Assembly (NCBI GenBank): GCA_009841045.1
Contig: VXMO01000010.1
Coordinates: 6,544 to 70,543 of the forward strand
Direction of reading: 5' to 3'
From: Dehalococcoidia bacterium
Lineage (GTDB): Bacteria; Chloroflexota; Dehalococcoidia; UBA6926
DNA length: 64,000 nucleotides
The translations under genes were made by a program, and so were the position numbers. The notes under the pieces are model-generated. The model saw only the letters and a program-made list of their open reading frames with translations. It was not told the origin of the DNA and made no database searches. Each line of letters starts with the position of its first letter. Position 1 is the first letter of the stretch. Shown one piece after another: positions 50,928 to 61,325 of the stretch.

Positions 50928-51533
50928 ATGGTGCTGGAAATGGAAGCGCCACTGGACCGGGGCTATACACCTACCCAACAGACGGAGCCCCAACGCCGAC
51001 AATCCCAATTGGTCGAGTACGAAATACTCGATTCATACTGGGTACACCAGCATCAGTGGATCTGGTTGTCCGGCCTGGTACTGGTCGTGATTTCGATGTT
51101 CGGCATGGCAGTGCTGCCCATGGGGCTGGCCGGTCACGAGCTGCGCACCGAAATCATCAGCTTCGTCTCGGTCATTTCAGTTGCGCTCACGTTCATCTGG
51201 TGGGGAATGCTGCGCCACATGCTGAATGCATTAACCGTGGTGAAGCATCGCAAGCGCGAGATCGAACGAAGTCTTGGAATGCGGATGGAGTTCTACCTTG
51301 CGGCATCGCGAGCGCGCCGCAAGCGCGAGCGCATTCGCGAGTTCGCTCAGCAGGAAGCGGGCGACGATCCGGAGCTCCGCGCGGACATTGCCGATTTCCT
51401 TCGATCCGTTACCGTTCGCCAGAGCTTCGTCCCCGGCGAAGAGACCGCATGGGCCATCATCCCGTTCCTGTTCATGGGCGCGTGGATTGCCTTCTGGGCC
51501 ATCTCGGTCGGCACGTCACTCTTCGGCTCCTAG
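50928..51533 (+). CDS. Hypothetical membrane protein inserted between carA and carB.
   Basis: 201-aa ORF with 3-4 predicted TM helices; no recognisable family. Confidence 0.4.
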   Translation: MVLEMEAPLDRGYTPTQQTEPQRRQSQLVEYEILDSYWVHQHQWIWLSGLVLVVISMFGMAVLPMGLAGHELRTEIISFVSVISVALTFIWWGMLRHMLNALTVVKHRKREIERSLGMRMEFYLAASRARRKRERIREFAQQEAGDDPELRADIADFLRSVTVRQSFVPGEETAWAIIPFLFMGAWIAFWAISVGTSLFGS

Positions 51534-51639
51534 GGCCAAGCGACACTATCGCTCACACGTTGCGCGTCCCGGCTCACTTTGCCGGGGCGCGTGAACTTGT
51601 GTCTCTCACACTCTCGGCGTCCCTGCGCGGGAGGGCGGC

Positions 51640-54600
51640 ATGACAACCGTGCCAGACCGCCCGTCCCGCGTGCTTGTGCTTGGCAGCGGACCGATTGTCA
51701 TCGGCCAGGCCGCTGAGTTTGATTACGCGGGCACGCAGGCCTGCCGCGCTCTCCGCGAGGAGGGCGTTACGTCAATCCTCGTCAACTCCAACCCTGCCAC
51801 GATCATGACTGACCACGAAATCGCGGACGTGGTCTATATCGAACCGCTGACCGTCGAGGCCGTGACACGCGTCATCGAACGGGAGCGGCCCGACGGCCTA
51901 CTGCCAACGCTCGGGGGGCAAACCGGCCTCAATCTCGCAGTCGATCTGTCAGAGGCGGGCGTGCTGGACAAGTACAACGTCCGCCTGCTCGGGACGCCGC
52001 TTGACGCGATACGCACGGCGGAGGACCGTAACCTCTTCCGTCAGATGCTGGATGAGATCGGCGAGCCGGTGCCGGAGAACGAAGTGGTCACCACAGTTGA
52101 GGACGCCCGCAGGGTGGCGGAGCGCCTCGGCCTACCCGTCGTGATTCGCCCCGCCTACACGCTGGGCGGGACGGGCGGGGGCATTGCCTACACTCCGGAG
52201 CAGCTTGATGAGCAGGTTCGCACCGGCCTTTCCTACAGCCCCATCGGCCAGGTGCTGGTTGAGCGCAGCCTGATCGGCTGGAAAGAGATTGAGTACGAGG
52301 TCATGCGCGACGGCGCGGACACAACCATCACCGTCTGCAACATGGAGAACCTGGATGCGATGGGCGTCCACACCGGCGACAGCATCGTTGTCGCGCCCAG
52401 CCAGACGCTGACGGACAAGGAGTACCAGATGCTCCGTTCCGCCAGCCTGAAAATCATCTCCGCACTGGGCATTGAGGGCGGCTGCAACGTGCAGCTCGCG
52501 TTAGAGCCGCATCCGACGATAGCGGGCAATGGGCAGAATGCGGGCTATTCGGAATCGCCCTATTACGTAATTGAGGTGAATCCTCGGGTCAGCCGTTCCT
52601 CGGCGCTGGCGTCCAAGGCAACCGGGTACCCCATTGCGCGTGTGGCGGCGAAGATCGCCGTCGGCAAGCGGCTGGACGAGATTCCCAACGCGGTCACTCA
52701 GGTCACGACGGCGGCATTTGAACCTGCTTTGGACTACTGCGTGGCCAAGATTCCGCGCTGGCCGTTCGACAAGTTCCCGTCCGGCGACCGCTCATTGGGC
52801 ACGCAGATGAAGGCCACGGGCGAGGTGATGGCCATTGACCGCTCATTTGAGGCGGCCCTGCAAAAGGCCGTGCGGTCGCTGGAGGTGGCGGGAGACAGCC
52901 TGCTGTGGGAGCACGGCTCATGGAGCGCGATCTCCGACCCCCTTGAGGAACTGCCGCTTCACCCGAATGACCAGCGGTTATGGGCGCTGATGGCGGCGCT
53001 GCGGCGCGGCGTCTCGCTCGACGATCTCTCCGTGAAGACCGGCGTTGATCCGTGGTTCCTGTACAAGCTGAACGCCATTGTCGGCATGGAGAACAGGCTG
53101 CTAGCGGAGCCGCTGACACCGCGCCTGCTGCGCGACGCAAAGCGCATAGGATTCTCCGACACGCAGATCAGCACGCTGGCGGACCGGCTCCCGGAGCAAG
53201 TCCATGAGCTGCGGCAGGAATGGGACATTCGCCCCGTCTACAAGATGGTGGACACGTGCGCGGCGGAGTTTGAGGCAGCCACGCCGTATTTCTATTCGAC
53301 CTATGAAGAGGAGAACGAGGCGCTGCCGTTGGAGGGGCGGTCAGCGGTCGTCATCGGCAGTGGCCCTATCCGCATCGGACAGGGAATCGAGTTCGACTAC
53401 TGCTCCGTTCACGCTGCGTGGGCTTTGCAGGATGAGGGCGCGGCCAGCATCATCATCAATTCCAACCCGGAGACCGTGTCCACGGACTTTGATACGTCCA
53501 ACCGACTCTATTTCGAGCCGCTCGACGAGGAGGGCGTCGCGTGCGTCCTTGAGAACGAGCGCGTTACGCAGGGAGAGCAAGAGTTATTCCCGCGCACGGC
53601 GGCGCAATTCGGGGGACAGACAGCTATCAATCTGATCAGCCCGCTGAGCAGGCGCGCGTTCACCATCCTGGGCACGCAACCGGCGACCGTCGATCAGGCG
53701 GAGGATCGCCAGCGATTCGACGAGTTCGTCACGACGCTTGGCATCCCGCGCCCGCCCGGCGCGGGCGTGACGTCCATCGAGGAGGGGCTGGCGGTCGCCA
53801 ACTCCGTGGGCTATCCGATTGTCGTCCGGCCAAGCTTCGTTCTCGGCGGGCGGGCGATGGAGATTGTCCATACACCGGCGGAGTTCACGCGCTATGTCAT
53901 GGCGGCGATGGAGGAGGTCGGAGACAACCGCCCCATCCAGGTGGACAAGTTCCTGGAAGGGATGGAGGTGGAGGTGGACGCCGTCAGCGACGGCGAGGAT
54001 GTGCTGATACCCGGGATTATGGAGCATATTGAACGGGCAGGCGTCCACAGCGGCGACTCCATGGCCGTCTACCCTGCCCCCTCGCTGTCTGAGGACGATG
54101 AGCGGCAGATTGTCGATTACACGATCCAGCTTGGCCGCGCATTCGGCATCATCGGGCTGATGAACATCCAGTTCGTTGTTGTGCATAACGAGAACCAGGA
54201 CGGCACGCCCGCGCCGTCCACCGTTTATGTGCTTGAGGTCAACGTGCGCTCCAGCCGGACGGTGCCGTTCATCTCCAAGGTGACCGAAGTGCCGATGGTC
54301 AGCCTCGCCACGCGCGTCATCATGGGACGCACACTCAAAGAGATGGGGCATGAGAGCGGCCTGTGGCCGAAGAAGCCGCTAGTGGCCGTCAAGGCTCCCG
54401 TCTCCTCCATGGCCAAGCTGATGGGCGTAGACACCTATTTGGGACCGGAGATGAAATCCACGGGCGAGGTCATGGGCATCGACACCTCCCTCGCTCCCGC
54501 CCTGACAAAGGCACTGCAGGCGGCGCGGCTCATGCTGCCGCACTCCGGCGGCATCCTCATCAGCGTGTCCGACCGCGAGAAGGCGGAGGTGGTGCCGATT

Positions 54601-54987
54601 GCGCGTCGTTTGGCCGCGCACGGCTACGAGGTCTATGCGACGGAGGGCACCGCGACAATCCTGCGCGCTGTTGGCATTGAGGTTGCAGGCGTTCCGGCCA
54701 AGGTCAGCGAGGGCACCGAGGGCGAGGGCACGACCACGGACCTGATTCGTGACGGTCGCGTGCATGCGGTCGTCAACACCATGTCCGGTAACCGCGTGCC
54801 ATTGAGGGACGGCTTTGAGATTCGCCGAGCGGCCACGGAACAGGGCATTCCCTGCTACACGAGCCTGGACACGTTCCGCGTGGCCGTTGATTCCGTGACG
54901 GGCGGCGCGGAGGCGGGCGAGTACAGCATCATGCGCCTCGATGAATATGTGAACGGCAGACCGGCGGACGACATTCGCGCCTCGTGA
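51640..54987 (+). CDS. carB: Carbamoyl-phosphate synthase large subunit CarB.
   Basis: Duplicated ATP-grasp halves, an oligomerisation domain and a C-terminal MGS-like domain; 1115 aa. Confidence 0.97.
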   Translation: MTTVPDRPSRVLVLGSGPIVIGQAAEFDYAGTQACRALREEGVTSILVNSNPATIMTDHEIADVVYIEPLTVEAVTRVIERERPDGLLPTLGGQTGLNLAVDLSEAGVLDKYNVRLLGTPLDAIRTAEDRNLFRQMLDEIGEPVPENEVVTTVEDARRVAERLGLPVVIRPAYTLGGTGGGIAYTPEQLDEQVRTGLSYSPIGQVLVERSLIGWKEIEYEVMRDGADTTITVCNMENLDAMGVHTGDSIVVAPSQTLTDKEYQMLRSASLKIISALGIEGGCNVQLALEPHPTIAGNGQNAGYSESPYYVIEVNPRVSRSSALASKATGYPIARVAAKIAVGKRLDEIPNAVTQVTTAAFEPALDYCVAKIPRWPFDKFPSGDRSLGTQMKATGEVMAIDRSFEAALQKAVRSLEVAGDSLLWEHGSWSAISDPLEELPLHPNDQRLWALMAALRRGVSLDDLSVKTGVDPWFLYKLNAIVGMENRLLAEPLTPRLLRDAKRIGFSDTQISTLADRLPEQVHELRQEWDIRPVYKMVDTCAAEFEAATPYFYSTYEEENEALPLEGRSAVVIGSGPIRIGQGIEFDYCSVHAAWALQDEGAASIIINSNPETVSTDFDTSNRLYFEPLDEEGVACVLENERVTQGEQELFPRTAAQFGGQTAINLISPLSRRAFTILGTQPATVDQAEDRQRFDEFVTTLGIPRPPGAGVTSIEEGLAVANSVGYPIVVRPSFVLGGRAMEIVHTPAEFTRYVMAAMEEVGDNRPIQVDKFLEGMEVEVDAVSDGEDVLIPGIMEHIERAGVHSGDSMAVYPAPSLSEDDERQIVDYTIQLGRAFGIIGLMNIQFVVVHNENQDGTPAPSTVYVLEVNVRSSRTVPFISKVTEVPMVSLATRVIMGRTLKEMGHESGLWPKKPLVAVKAPVSSMAKLMGVDTYLGPEMKSTGEVMGIDTSLAPALTKALQAARLMLPHSGGILISVSDREKAEVVPIARRLAAHGYEVYATEGTATILRAVGIEVAGVPAKVSEGTEGEGTTTDLIRDGRVHAVVNTMSGNRVPLRDGFEIRRAATEQGIPCYTSLDTFRVAVDSVTGGAEAGEYSIMRLDEYVNGRPADDIRAS

Positions 54988-55016
54988 CGCGGTCGCCGTT
55001 GTTATAGCGGAAACCC

Positions 55017-55799
55017 ATGGCCACTTTCGAGACGATTGCACAGGGCATGATCCTTGTGCGCATCGCAGCGTCACGGGTCGCTCGCGCCGCGCAGCCGGGC
55101 CAGTTCGTTCAGCGCCGCGGACATGTCATTGAGGGCTTGGTAAGCGATGACGGCCGCGCCCAAACGACGCCCTTTGACCCGCAGCCCTACCCGATCCTCT
55201 CAGTCGATACGGCGAGCGGAGAAATCGCGGTGCTGGCGGTCACGGACGGCGGGGACGATTCAGCGATTACATCGACACCGACGGGTCTCGAATGGGCCGT
55301 GAGAGGGCCGTTGGGCAAGGCGGTCACAGTTGATCCCGCCGCGAGGCACGTGGCGTTCATCGCGCAAGGGGGTGGCATTGGGTCGCTCATCGCCGTGATG
55401 CGGGAGACTGCCGAACGCGGCGTCCGCGTGACGCTGCTAGCGGGAGCGGAGAATGCCTGGCAGTTGTATCCGTCACACCTGTTGCCGGAGGGCGTGCGCG
55501 AGATGACGGCGACGGACGACGGCTCAGCGGGCATCCGCGCTCCCGTGACCCACCTTCTGCCTCAGATCCAGGATGAGGCGGACGTACTCATCGCATCCGG
55601 CCCGCCAAAGCTGTACGCGGATCTGGCGCGCATGCGCGCCGACGGGCTGCTGACGATTCCAACGACGGTTCTGGTCTTGCCACAACTCGAGTGCCGCGAC
55701 GGGCAATGCGGAGCATGCGCCGTCCAGACGGCTGACGGTTCGCGGTTCGCTTGTGTTGAGGGGCCGGCGTTTGACCTGGATGAGGTGGAGTGGAGTTAG
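55017..55799 (+). CDS. pyrK: Dihydroorotate dehydrogenase electron-transfer subunit PyrK-like (FAD/NAD-binding, 2Fe-2S).
   Basis: GGGIG NAD-binding motif and a C-terminal C-x4-C-x2-C...C cluster (CRDGQCGACAVQ...CVEGP). No pyrD follows. Confidence 0.65.
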   Translation: MATFETIAQGMILVRIAASRVARAAQPGQFVQRRGHVIEGLVSDDGRAQTTPFDPQPYPILSVDTASGEIAVLAVTDGGDDSAITSTPTGLEWAVRGPLGKAVTVDPAARHVAFIAQGGGIGSLIAVMRETAERGVRVTLLAGAENAWQLYPSHLLPEGVREMTATDDGSAGIRAPVTHLLPQIQDEADVLIASGPPKLYADLARMRADGLLTIPTTVLVLPQLECRDGQCGACAVQTADGSRFACVEGPAFDLDEVEWS

Positions 55800-55831
55800 G
55801 CCGCCCACCAGTTCATTCGTCGACCTTGCGG

Positions 55832-56851
55832 CTAGCGTGTCGGCAGTTGAATGATTGCGCTGCCGCGCACGCACGGCCTTTCGCCGCTGCCCTCGCTCCA
55901 CAGTTCAAGCTCGACAAGGGCCGTGCCATCATCATCTCGCCATTTCCGCGCGACGCGGCCGTAATGCATGATCGTCTCGCCGATGAACGCCGGGGAGCGG
56001 ACCTCTCCGCGGAAATGGCGCAGGATGCCGCGCCGTCCCATCCAACGCGTTGCGGTTTGGGACAGCATGTCCCCGGAGAGATCACCCTGCGCGATCCGCT
56101 CCGGCAGTCCCTCAACCTGCGCATAAGCGCGGTCATAGTGGATCAGGTGGCTGTTGGTCTTGACGAGGCCGTAGAAGAAGACCTGGACGGTTGAGATGAA
56201 ACGTGGCAACGGCGTCAGTTCATCGCCCTCGTCAACGTCTTCCCAGACCGGTTCGTCCGTCCACTGAGGCGGCTCGGCAGACCGCGCTTGTGAGCCGTTC
56301 TCAAGTTGTAAATCGCCCCAATTACGCCTCGTGCCGCCCGATGACGACGGCTGGGGTACAGTGGCCGTCGTGGTGCGGTCAATCATCACTGTGCGACCGT
56401 GCTGGTTCGTGATGGTCATCTCCTTGGTGGTGAAGATCATCGCGCCTGAGCGTCCCTGCTTCTCCTCAACGTCCGTGACCGTCGATTGGCGCGTGAGAAC
56501 ATCGCCGGGCCTGATGGGTTCAATGAACGTCACGTCCGTGCCCGTGTAACGTGACTGCGCGCCGGGGATGCGGAGTTGGAGAGGGTCATTGCGCGTATCC
56601 GGCAGGCCGTCAGGGCGCAGGTCTGCGATGGAGGTTGGCGGGAAGCTGGTGAACCCGGTGAAGAGCGGCGGGGCGACGATGCCGCCGTAGGGGCCGCCTT
56701 TGGCGCGCTCCGCGTCGACGTATGAAGGTCGCACGTCATCGACGGCGTAGGCGTAGCGGGCGATCTCATCAAACGTGATGGGCGGACGGGATTCCGGTTC
56801 GGATGTCCGTCCGAGCAACTCCCGCGCCGCCAGCAGCGCCTCGCTTGCCAT
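55832..56851 (-). CDS. Double-hotdog FAS1-like/MaoC-like dehydratase.
   Basis: A MaoC_dehydrat_N-like N-terminal half plus a C-terminal MaoC hotdog half; 339 aa. Confidence 0.6.
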   Translation of the reverse strand: MASEALLAARELLGRTSEPESRPPITFDEIARYAYAVDDVRPSYVDAERAKGGPYGGIVAPPLFTGFTSFPPTSIADLRPDGLPDTRNDPLQLRIPGAQSRYTGTDVTFIEPIRPGDVLTRQSTVTDVEEKQGRSGAMIFTTKEMTITNQHGRTVMIDRTTTATVPQPSSSGGTRRNWGDLQLENGSQARSAEPPQWTDEPVWEDVDEGDELTPLPRFISTVQVFFYGLVKTNSHLIHYDRAYAQVEGLPERIAQGDLSGDMLSQTATRWMGRRGILRHFRGEVRSPAFIGETIMHYGRVARKWRDDDGTALVELELWSEGSGERPCVRGSAIIQLPTR

Positions 56852-56919
56852 ACGTGTCCGCCTTGATGACTTCTGTGAGTACCCAGCAAGGATACGCCAG
56901 CCATGGCAGGAATGTTTGG

Positions 56920-57384
56920 CTAGCGTGGACGGACGAAGTGCGTGGAGTTGACCAGCGCGAGCAACCTGCCGTTGTCGTCGGTAACTCTCGTGGAGGCCAC
57001 CATCAGGGTTCTGCCCGGATGCGTAACGGTGGACTCAGCTACCAGGGTGCCCTCCTGGGTGTTCCCGACGATTTGGCTGGAGACTGAAACTGCCACGGGT
57101 ATTTCATCCTCATCAAGCTCGCCGCGATAGGCAGCCAGTGTCGCCCACGTCGCCGCGCTGTCTGCAAGAGACACCATGACCCCGGCGTGAACGAACGGCA
57201 ACAGCGCGTACACGCCATCACTAACCGGGGCTTCCACGATGACGCGCTCCGGCCCCGCTTCTCGAATTCGCATCTTCAGGTTGTCCATGAGCGTCCCGTC
57301 ATCGATGCGCTCGTTGAGCCACACGGCGAGCTCTTGCGGTGACAGGTCCTTCGGCAGCTTGTCCATAGAAAGATCCCTTTCCAA
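56920..57384 (-). CDS. PaaI/4HBT-family hotdog thioesterase.
   Basis: 154 aa; HAGVMVSLADSA hotdog thioesterase motif. Confidence 0.7.
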   Translation of the reverse strand: MERDLSMDKLPKDLSPQELAVWLNERIDDGTLMDNLKMRIREAGPERVIVEAPVSDGVYALLPFVHAGVMVSLADSAATWATLAAYRGELDEDEIPVAVSVSSQIVGNTQEGTLVAESTVTHPGRTLMVASTRVTDDNGRLLALVNSTHFVRPR

Positions 57385-57505
57385 CTGTCATCCTCTTGCA
57401 CCAACAGCCTGACACTCTCGGGGGCTTGGTTCTATCCGTTTCTGGTTTCTTAGTCGCACGCAACCTTAGCCCGCGGGAGTATCCGTTGCCCACGCGCTAC
57501 GTCGT

Positions 57506-57528
57506 GTGGCACAGTGAGCGCCATGACT
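57506..57528 (+). repeat. R1 direct repeat, copy 1: GTGGCACAGTGAGCGCCATGACT.
   Basis: Identical 23-mer recurs at 58607-58629. Both copies cover the translation start of a + strand gene. Confidence 0.6.
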
Positions 57529-58035
57529 TTTCCGATTGAACCGGCAGGCCACGACGCCTGCCCGGACGTCATCGAACTGATCCACCGAGTCTACGACGAA
57601 TACGGCTTTATCTGGGACCCCGAGGATGAGCTCCGGGATCTGCTGACCCAGGAGCACGCCTTTCCTTACCGCGCGCCGATCGGCGCGATGTGGATCATGC
57701 GCGACGAGTCCGGTACGGTCGTCGGTTCGATCGCGGCCAATCGGATTGACGGACCGACCGTCGAGCTGCACCGCCTCTATCTCGACGCTCACCTGCGCGG
57801 ACAGGGCTTGGGCCGCCGGCTCGTCGAGACGGCTGTCGAGTGGGCTCGGGATCACGGAGCCTGGCGGATCGAGCTCTGGTCCGACACGCGTTTCGCAGAC
57901 GCCCATCGGCTCTATGAGCGCCTCGGTTACGTCAAGTCGGCCAGGCGCACGCTAGATGACGTCAACGACACGGTGGAGTTCAAGTACGAGCGGAAACTTA
58001 CGGACTCTGACGGTCAAGACTCCCCGGAACATTGA
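57514..58035 (+). CDS. GNAT family N-acetyltransferase.
   Basis: RGQGLGRRLVE acetyl-CoA binding motif. Start is GTG 57514 or ATG 57523, both inside the R1 repeat. Confidence 0.8.
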   Translation: MSAMTFPIEPAGHDACPDVIELIHRVYDEYGFIWDPEDELRDLLTQEHAFPYRAPIGAMWIMRDESGTVVGSIAANRIDGPTVELHRLYLDAHLRGQGLGRRLVETAVEWARDHGAWRIELWSDTRFADAHRLYERLGYVKSARRTLDDVNDTVEFKYERKLTDSDGQDSPEH

Positions 58036-58065
58036 CCCTGATCACTGAGCGCGGGAGATGGAGAG

Positions 58066-58266
58066 TCAGGCGGTCTGGAATTGGACTTGAGAGAGGTCAA
58101 TAGTTGATGACCGCTTTGACAGATGCAGCAACTCGATTCCAACAACGTCATGGGCCTGATTGTAGTCCAGGATGATGCCCGGCGCGACTTGCTCCGTCAT
58201 GACAATCTCCGAATCGTCAAGGTAGAGGTAGAGGGCGTCGGCGTCTTTATCAACTTCGAGCTTCAT
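58066..58266 (-). CDS. DUF2283 family protein (antitoxin-like partner).
   Basis: MKLEVDKDADALYLYL is typical of DUF2283; 66 aa. Confidence 0.65.
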   Translation of the reverse strand: MKLEVDKDADALYLYLDDSEIVMTEQVAPGIILDYNQAHDVVGIELLHLSKRSSTIDLSQVQFQTA

Positions 58267-58523
58267 AGCTGGCCTCTCATCCTATGGTCAAAGAATACTG
58301 TTACCACTCGCCATGGTACAAGACGCGTATTAACTGCCACCAATAGAACCCGATCGCCGAACTCGGGGATAGGACACAAGAAGAGTTCCACCACGGGATC
58401 TTCGGGATCCTGAACCCTTGAAACGGGCTGCGCGATCACTCTCTCCACCCATTCTCTGGGTATCTTTCGCAGGTTCATTCTTGTGACTGCGTGGTGGGAG
58501 AACTCTAAGGGGGGTTGCTGCAT
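58263..58523 (-). CDS. DUF4258 family protein (toxin-like partner).
   Basis: Start at the internal ATG (MQQPPLEFSHHAVTRM...); the longer track ORF is upstream read-through. Overlaps the DUF2283 gene by 4 nt. Confidence 0.55.
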   Translation of the reverse strand: MQQPPLEFSHHAVTRMNLRKIPREWVERVIAQPVSRVQDPEDPVVELFLCPIPEFGDRVLLVAVNTRLVPWRVVTVFFDHRMRGQL

Positions 58524-58590
58524 GACTCCAGTAGTGTACGCGGGGGTATTGGATTGTGCCCTCTCCGTCCCCACGCTGTCGTAGCGTTGC

Positions 58591-61032
58591 GTGAATCGAG
58601 GGAATGGTGGCACAGTGAGCGCCATGACTACGACAAATAGCGAGAACACGGCGCTTGGGCACCTGAAGGTCGTTGAGCTTGGAGGCGGGACGGGCGCGGC
58701 GGCGATGGCGGGGCGGCTGCTTGCAGACATGGGCGCGGACGCTGTGCTCGTTGAGCCGCCCGGCGGGGTCGGGGCGCGAGGTATCGGCCCGTTTGCCAAC
58801 GATGTTGACGATCCTGACCGCAGCCTGACGTTTCTCGACCACAACATCAGCAAGCGCTCCGTGGTTCTTGATCTCGATACGCCAGATGGGCAGGAGTCCG
58901 TTCGCCGCCTTGCCTCATGGGCTGACGTGCTAATCGAGTCGCATGAACCCGGGTATCTTCCAGAGCGCGGCTTGGGCTACGAGAACCTTGCAGATATCAA
59001 CCCCGAACTCGTCTACGGTTCGCTGACGCCGTTCGGCCAGACGGGGCCGTTTGCGAATTACGCATCGACGGAATTGATCATCCAGTCACTGGCGGGGGAT
59101 CCATGGGTCTACGGCGACGATGAGCGCGCGCCGGCGATGGTGCCCGGAGAGGCCACCGCCCGCATCGGCTCCATGCACCTTGTGTACGGCATCCTGCTGG
59201 CGCTGCGGGAGCGACGTTGGTCGACGCGCGGGCAGCACGTGGACGTTTCACAGCAAGACATCGGTGTCTGGCAGCTGGTGAGCGGCAGCATCTCCCGCGT
59301 CGGGCTGCGGAATGAGGTGTTTCGCCGCCCCGGCAAGGCATCTACCGGCATCGGCAGTATCTATCACTGCGCGGACGGCGTCATTCAGTTTTTCCCGTCC
59401 ACGAACGCGCAGTTCCGCGGCCTGGTCACGGGCTGGATGCAGGACTCCACGTTCGACGACGAGGCCTGGGACGACACGAATTTCCGCCGCGACAACTACG
59501 ACATCATCGACGTCCGCATGAGAGAGTTCATGGGCAAGTTGACGGCTGCGGAGATCGAGGAAAGCGCCGCCATCCATGACGTGCCGATGGCGCGCCTGTC
59601 CACCATGGCGGAGTTCGTTGAGCACCCGCATACCGTAACCCGCCAGTTCATTGTCGATGCGAGCCACCCTGTTGTCGGCGACTACCGCGCGCCCGGCCCG
59701 CCGTACCGGTTCAAGGGGACGCCGTGGGCGATTCATCGCCCTGCTCCACGCATCGATGAGCATGGCGATGAACTGCGCAAGATGATCGAGGGGCTATCGT
59801 CAACGCCGCCCGATCCGACCAAATACGTTGCGCGGCGGCACGACCGGCGCAAGCAGCCGCTTGAAGGCATTCGCATTGCCGACCTGAGCCGTGTGTTTGC
59901 CGGGCCCTTTGGCACGATGCTGCTGGGATTCCATGGCGCGGAGGTCATTCGGATAGAGTCGGAGGACCTGCCGGCTTTCAGGATGCCGATGCAGCCGAAC
60001 TACCCGGAACTGAACCGCAACAAGCAGTGCGTGACCATCGACATGCGCTCAAAGAAGGGGCAGGAACTCATCAAGGGCATCGTCGCACAGTCGGATGTCG
60101 TTGTTGAGAACTTCCGCCCCACCGTCATGGAGCGCATGGGGCTTTCCTACGAGGAGCTGCGCAAGGTTCGCCCGAATGTGATTATGGCATCTATGTCCGG
60201 GTACGGTATGGATGGTCCGATGCGAGACCGACCTGCTTTCGGGCAACTGCTGATGGCCTTCGGCGGGCTGTCATACATGTGGGGGCATCCTGAGAGCGAT
60301 ATCGATACGCGCCCCAAGAATGCGTATTCCGACTTCACGCTCGGCGCGCAGGCGGCGATGGCCGTGATGATGGCGCTGGAGCACCGCGACCGGACCGGCG
60401 AGGGGCAGCACATCGAGAGTTCCCACGTTGAGGGGCTGGCGGCACTGCTGGGGCCGGAGATGCTGCGCTACCTGATCAACGGTGAAAGCCCGCAGCCGCG
60501 CGGCAACGCGAGTGACATCTACGCTCCGCACGGCGTGTATCCCTGTTTGGGTCACGACGCGTGGGTTTCTATCGCGGTCGAGAACGATGAGCAGTGGGGC
60601 AAGCTGGTTGCGGTGATGGACGAGCCGACGTGGGCGAATGACGGCAAGTTCGCGACGCAGGAGAATCGGCTCGCCAACCGCGCCGAACTGGATGAGCGCC
60701 TGAGCGGGTGGACCTCGGAACGGTGGGCGGGACAGGTGCAGGTTGCGCTGCAGGCCGTCGGCGTGCCGTGCGGCGCGGTGCAGAACCCGCTGGGCCTGCT
60801 TGCCGATCCGCAGCTGCAGCATCGCGGGACCATCGTGACAGCGCACCACGACCCGGACTGGTGGGGCACGATGCAGCACCCCGGCGTTTCACTGCACCTG
60901 AGCGCGACGCCCGGCTGGGCGACGGACTCCACGCCCGGCCTCGGCCAGGACAATGATCGCGTCTTCAAGCAGCTTCTCGGGCTGACCTCCGCAGAGATAG
61001 AGGCGCTAACGGCGGAGGGGGTTTTGAGATAG
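58591..61032 (+). CDS. Tandem-fused family III (CaiB/BaiF) CoA-transferase with two complete domains.
   Basis: Two successive CoA_transf_3-like halves: LKVVELGGGTGAAAMAGRLLADMGADAV...HEPG... and IRIADLSRVFAGPFGTMLLGFHGAEVIRIE...NFRP.... 813 aa. Confidence 0.8.
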   Translation: MNRGNGGTVSAMTTTNSENTALGHLKVVELGGGTGAAAMAGRLLADMGADAVLVEPPGGVGARGIGPFANDVDDPDRSLTFLDHNISKRSVVLDLDTPDGQESVRRLASWADVLIESHEPGYLPERGLGYENLADINPELVYGSLTPFGQTGPFANYASTELIIQSLAGDPWVYGDDERAPAMVPGEATARIGSMHLVYGILLALRERRWSTRGQHVDVSQQDIGVWQLVSGSISRVGLRNEVFRRPGKASTGIGSIYHCADGVIQFFPSTNAQFRGLVTGWMQDSTFDDEAWDDTNFRRDNYDIIDVRMREFMGKLTAAEIEESAAIHDVPMARLSTMAEFVEHPHTVTRQFIVDASHPVVGDYRAPGPPYRFKGTPWAIHRPAPRIDEHGDELRKMIEGLSSTPPDPTKYVARRHDRRKQPLEGIRIADLSRVFAGPFGTMLLGFHGAEVIRIESEDLPAFRMPMQPNYPELNRNKQCVTIDMRSKKGQELIKGIVAQSDVVVENFRPTVMERMGLSYEELRKVRPNVIMASMSGYGMDGPMRDRPAFGQLLMAFGGLSYMWGHPESDIDTRPKNAYSDFTLGAQAAMAVMMALEHRDRTGEGQHIESSHVEGLAALLGPEMLRYLINGESPQPRGNASDIYAPHGVYPCLGHDAWVSIAVENDEQWGKLVAVMDEPTWANDGKFATQENRLANRAELDERLSGWTSERWAGQVQVALQAVGVPCGAVQNPLGLLADPQLQHRGTIVTAHHDPDWWGTMQHPGVSLHLSATPGWATDSTPGLGQDNDRVFKQLLGLTSAEIEALTAEGVLR
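58607..58629 (+). repeat. R1 direct repeat, copy 2 (identical 23-mer), at the start of the CoA-transferase gene.
   Basis: See copy 1 at 57506-57528. Confidence 0.6.
60976..61021 (+). repeat. R2 direct repeat, copy 1 (3' end of the CoA-transferase CDS).
   Basis: 46 nt, 42/46 identical to 61690-61735. Confidence 0.55.
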
Positions 61033-61073
61033 AGGTGAACTGTGGGCTTAGCCGAGTGCCCTATACTCTTGTT

Positions 61074-61325
61074 ATGAATACCAGTGACGAGTTGCTCAAA
61101 CGGATTACAGCGCGTCCCGATGTCTTTGGCGGCAAGCCAATCATTCGCGACATGCGTATCTCCGTAGAGTTGATTTTGAGCCTGCTAAGTCAAGGGGAGT
61201 CCGTGGAGAGCATCCTGGATGATTATCCGGGACTTGAGCCTGACGACATCCGGGCTTGCACAGCCTACGCCCACGCGGTGATAGCAGGTGACAGCCTCTC
61301 AGCGGTTTCTGTTGCAGGGTCGTGA
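61074..61325 (+). CDS. DUF433 domain protein (antitoxin-like).
   Basis: PDVFGGKPIIRDMRISVELIL is the DUF433 signature. Start set at ATG 61074. Confidence 0.65.
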   Translation: MNTSDELLKRITARPDVFGGKPIIRDMRISVELILSLLSQGESVESILDDYPGLEPDDIRACTAYAHAVIAGDSLSAVSVAGS

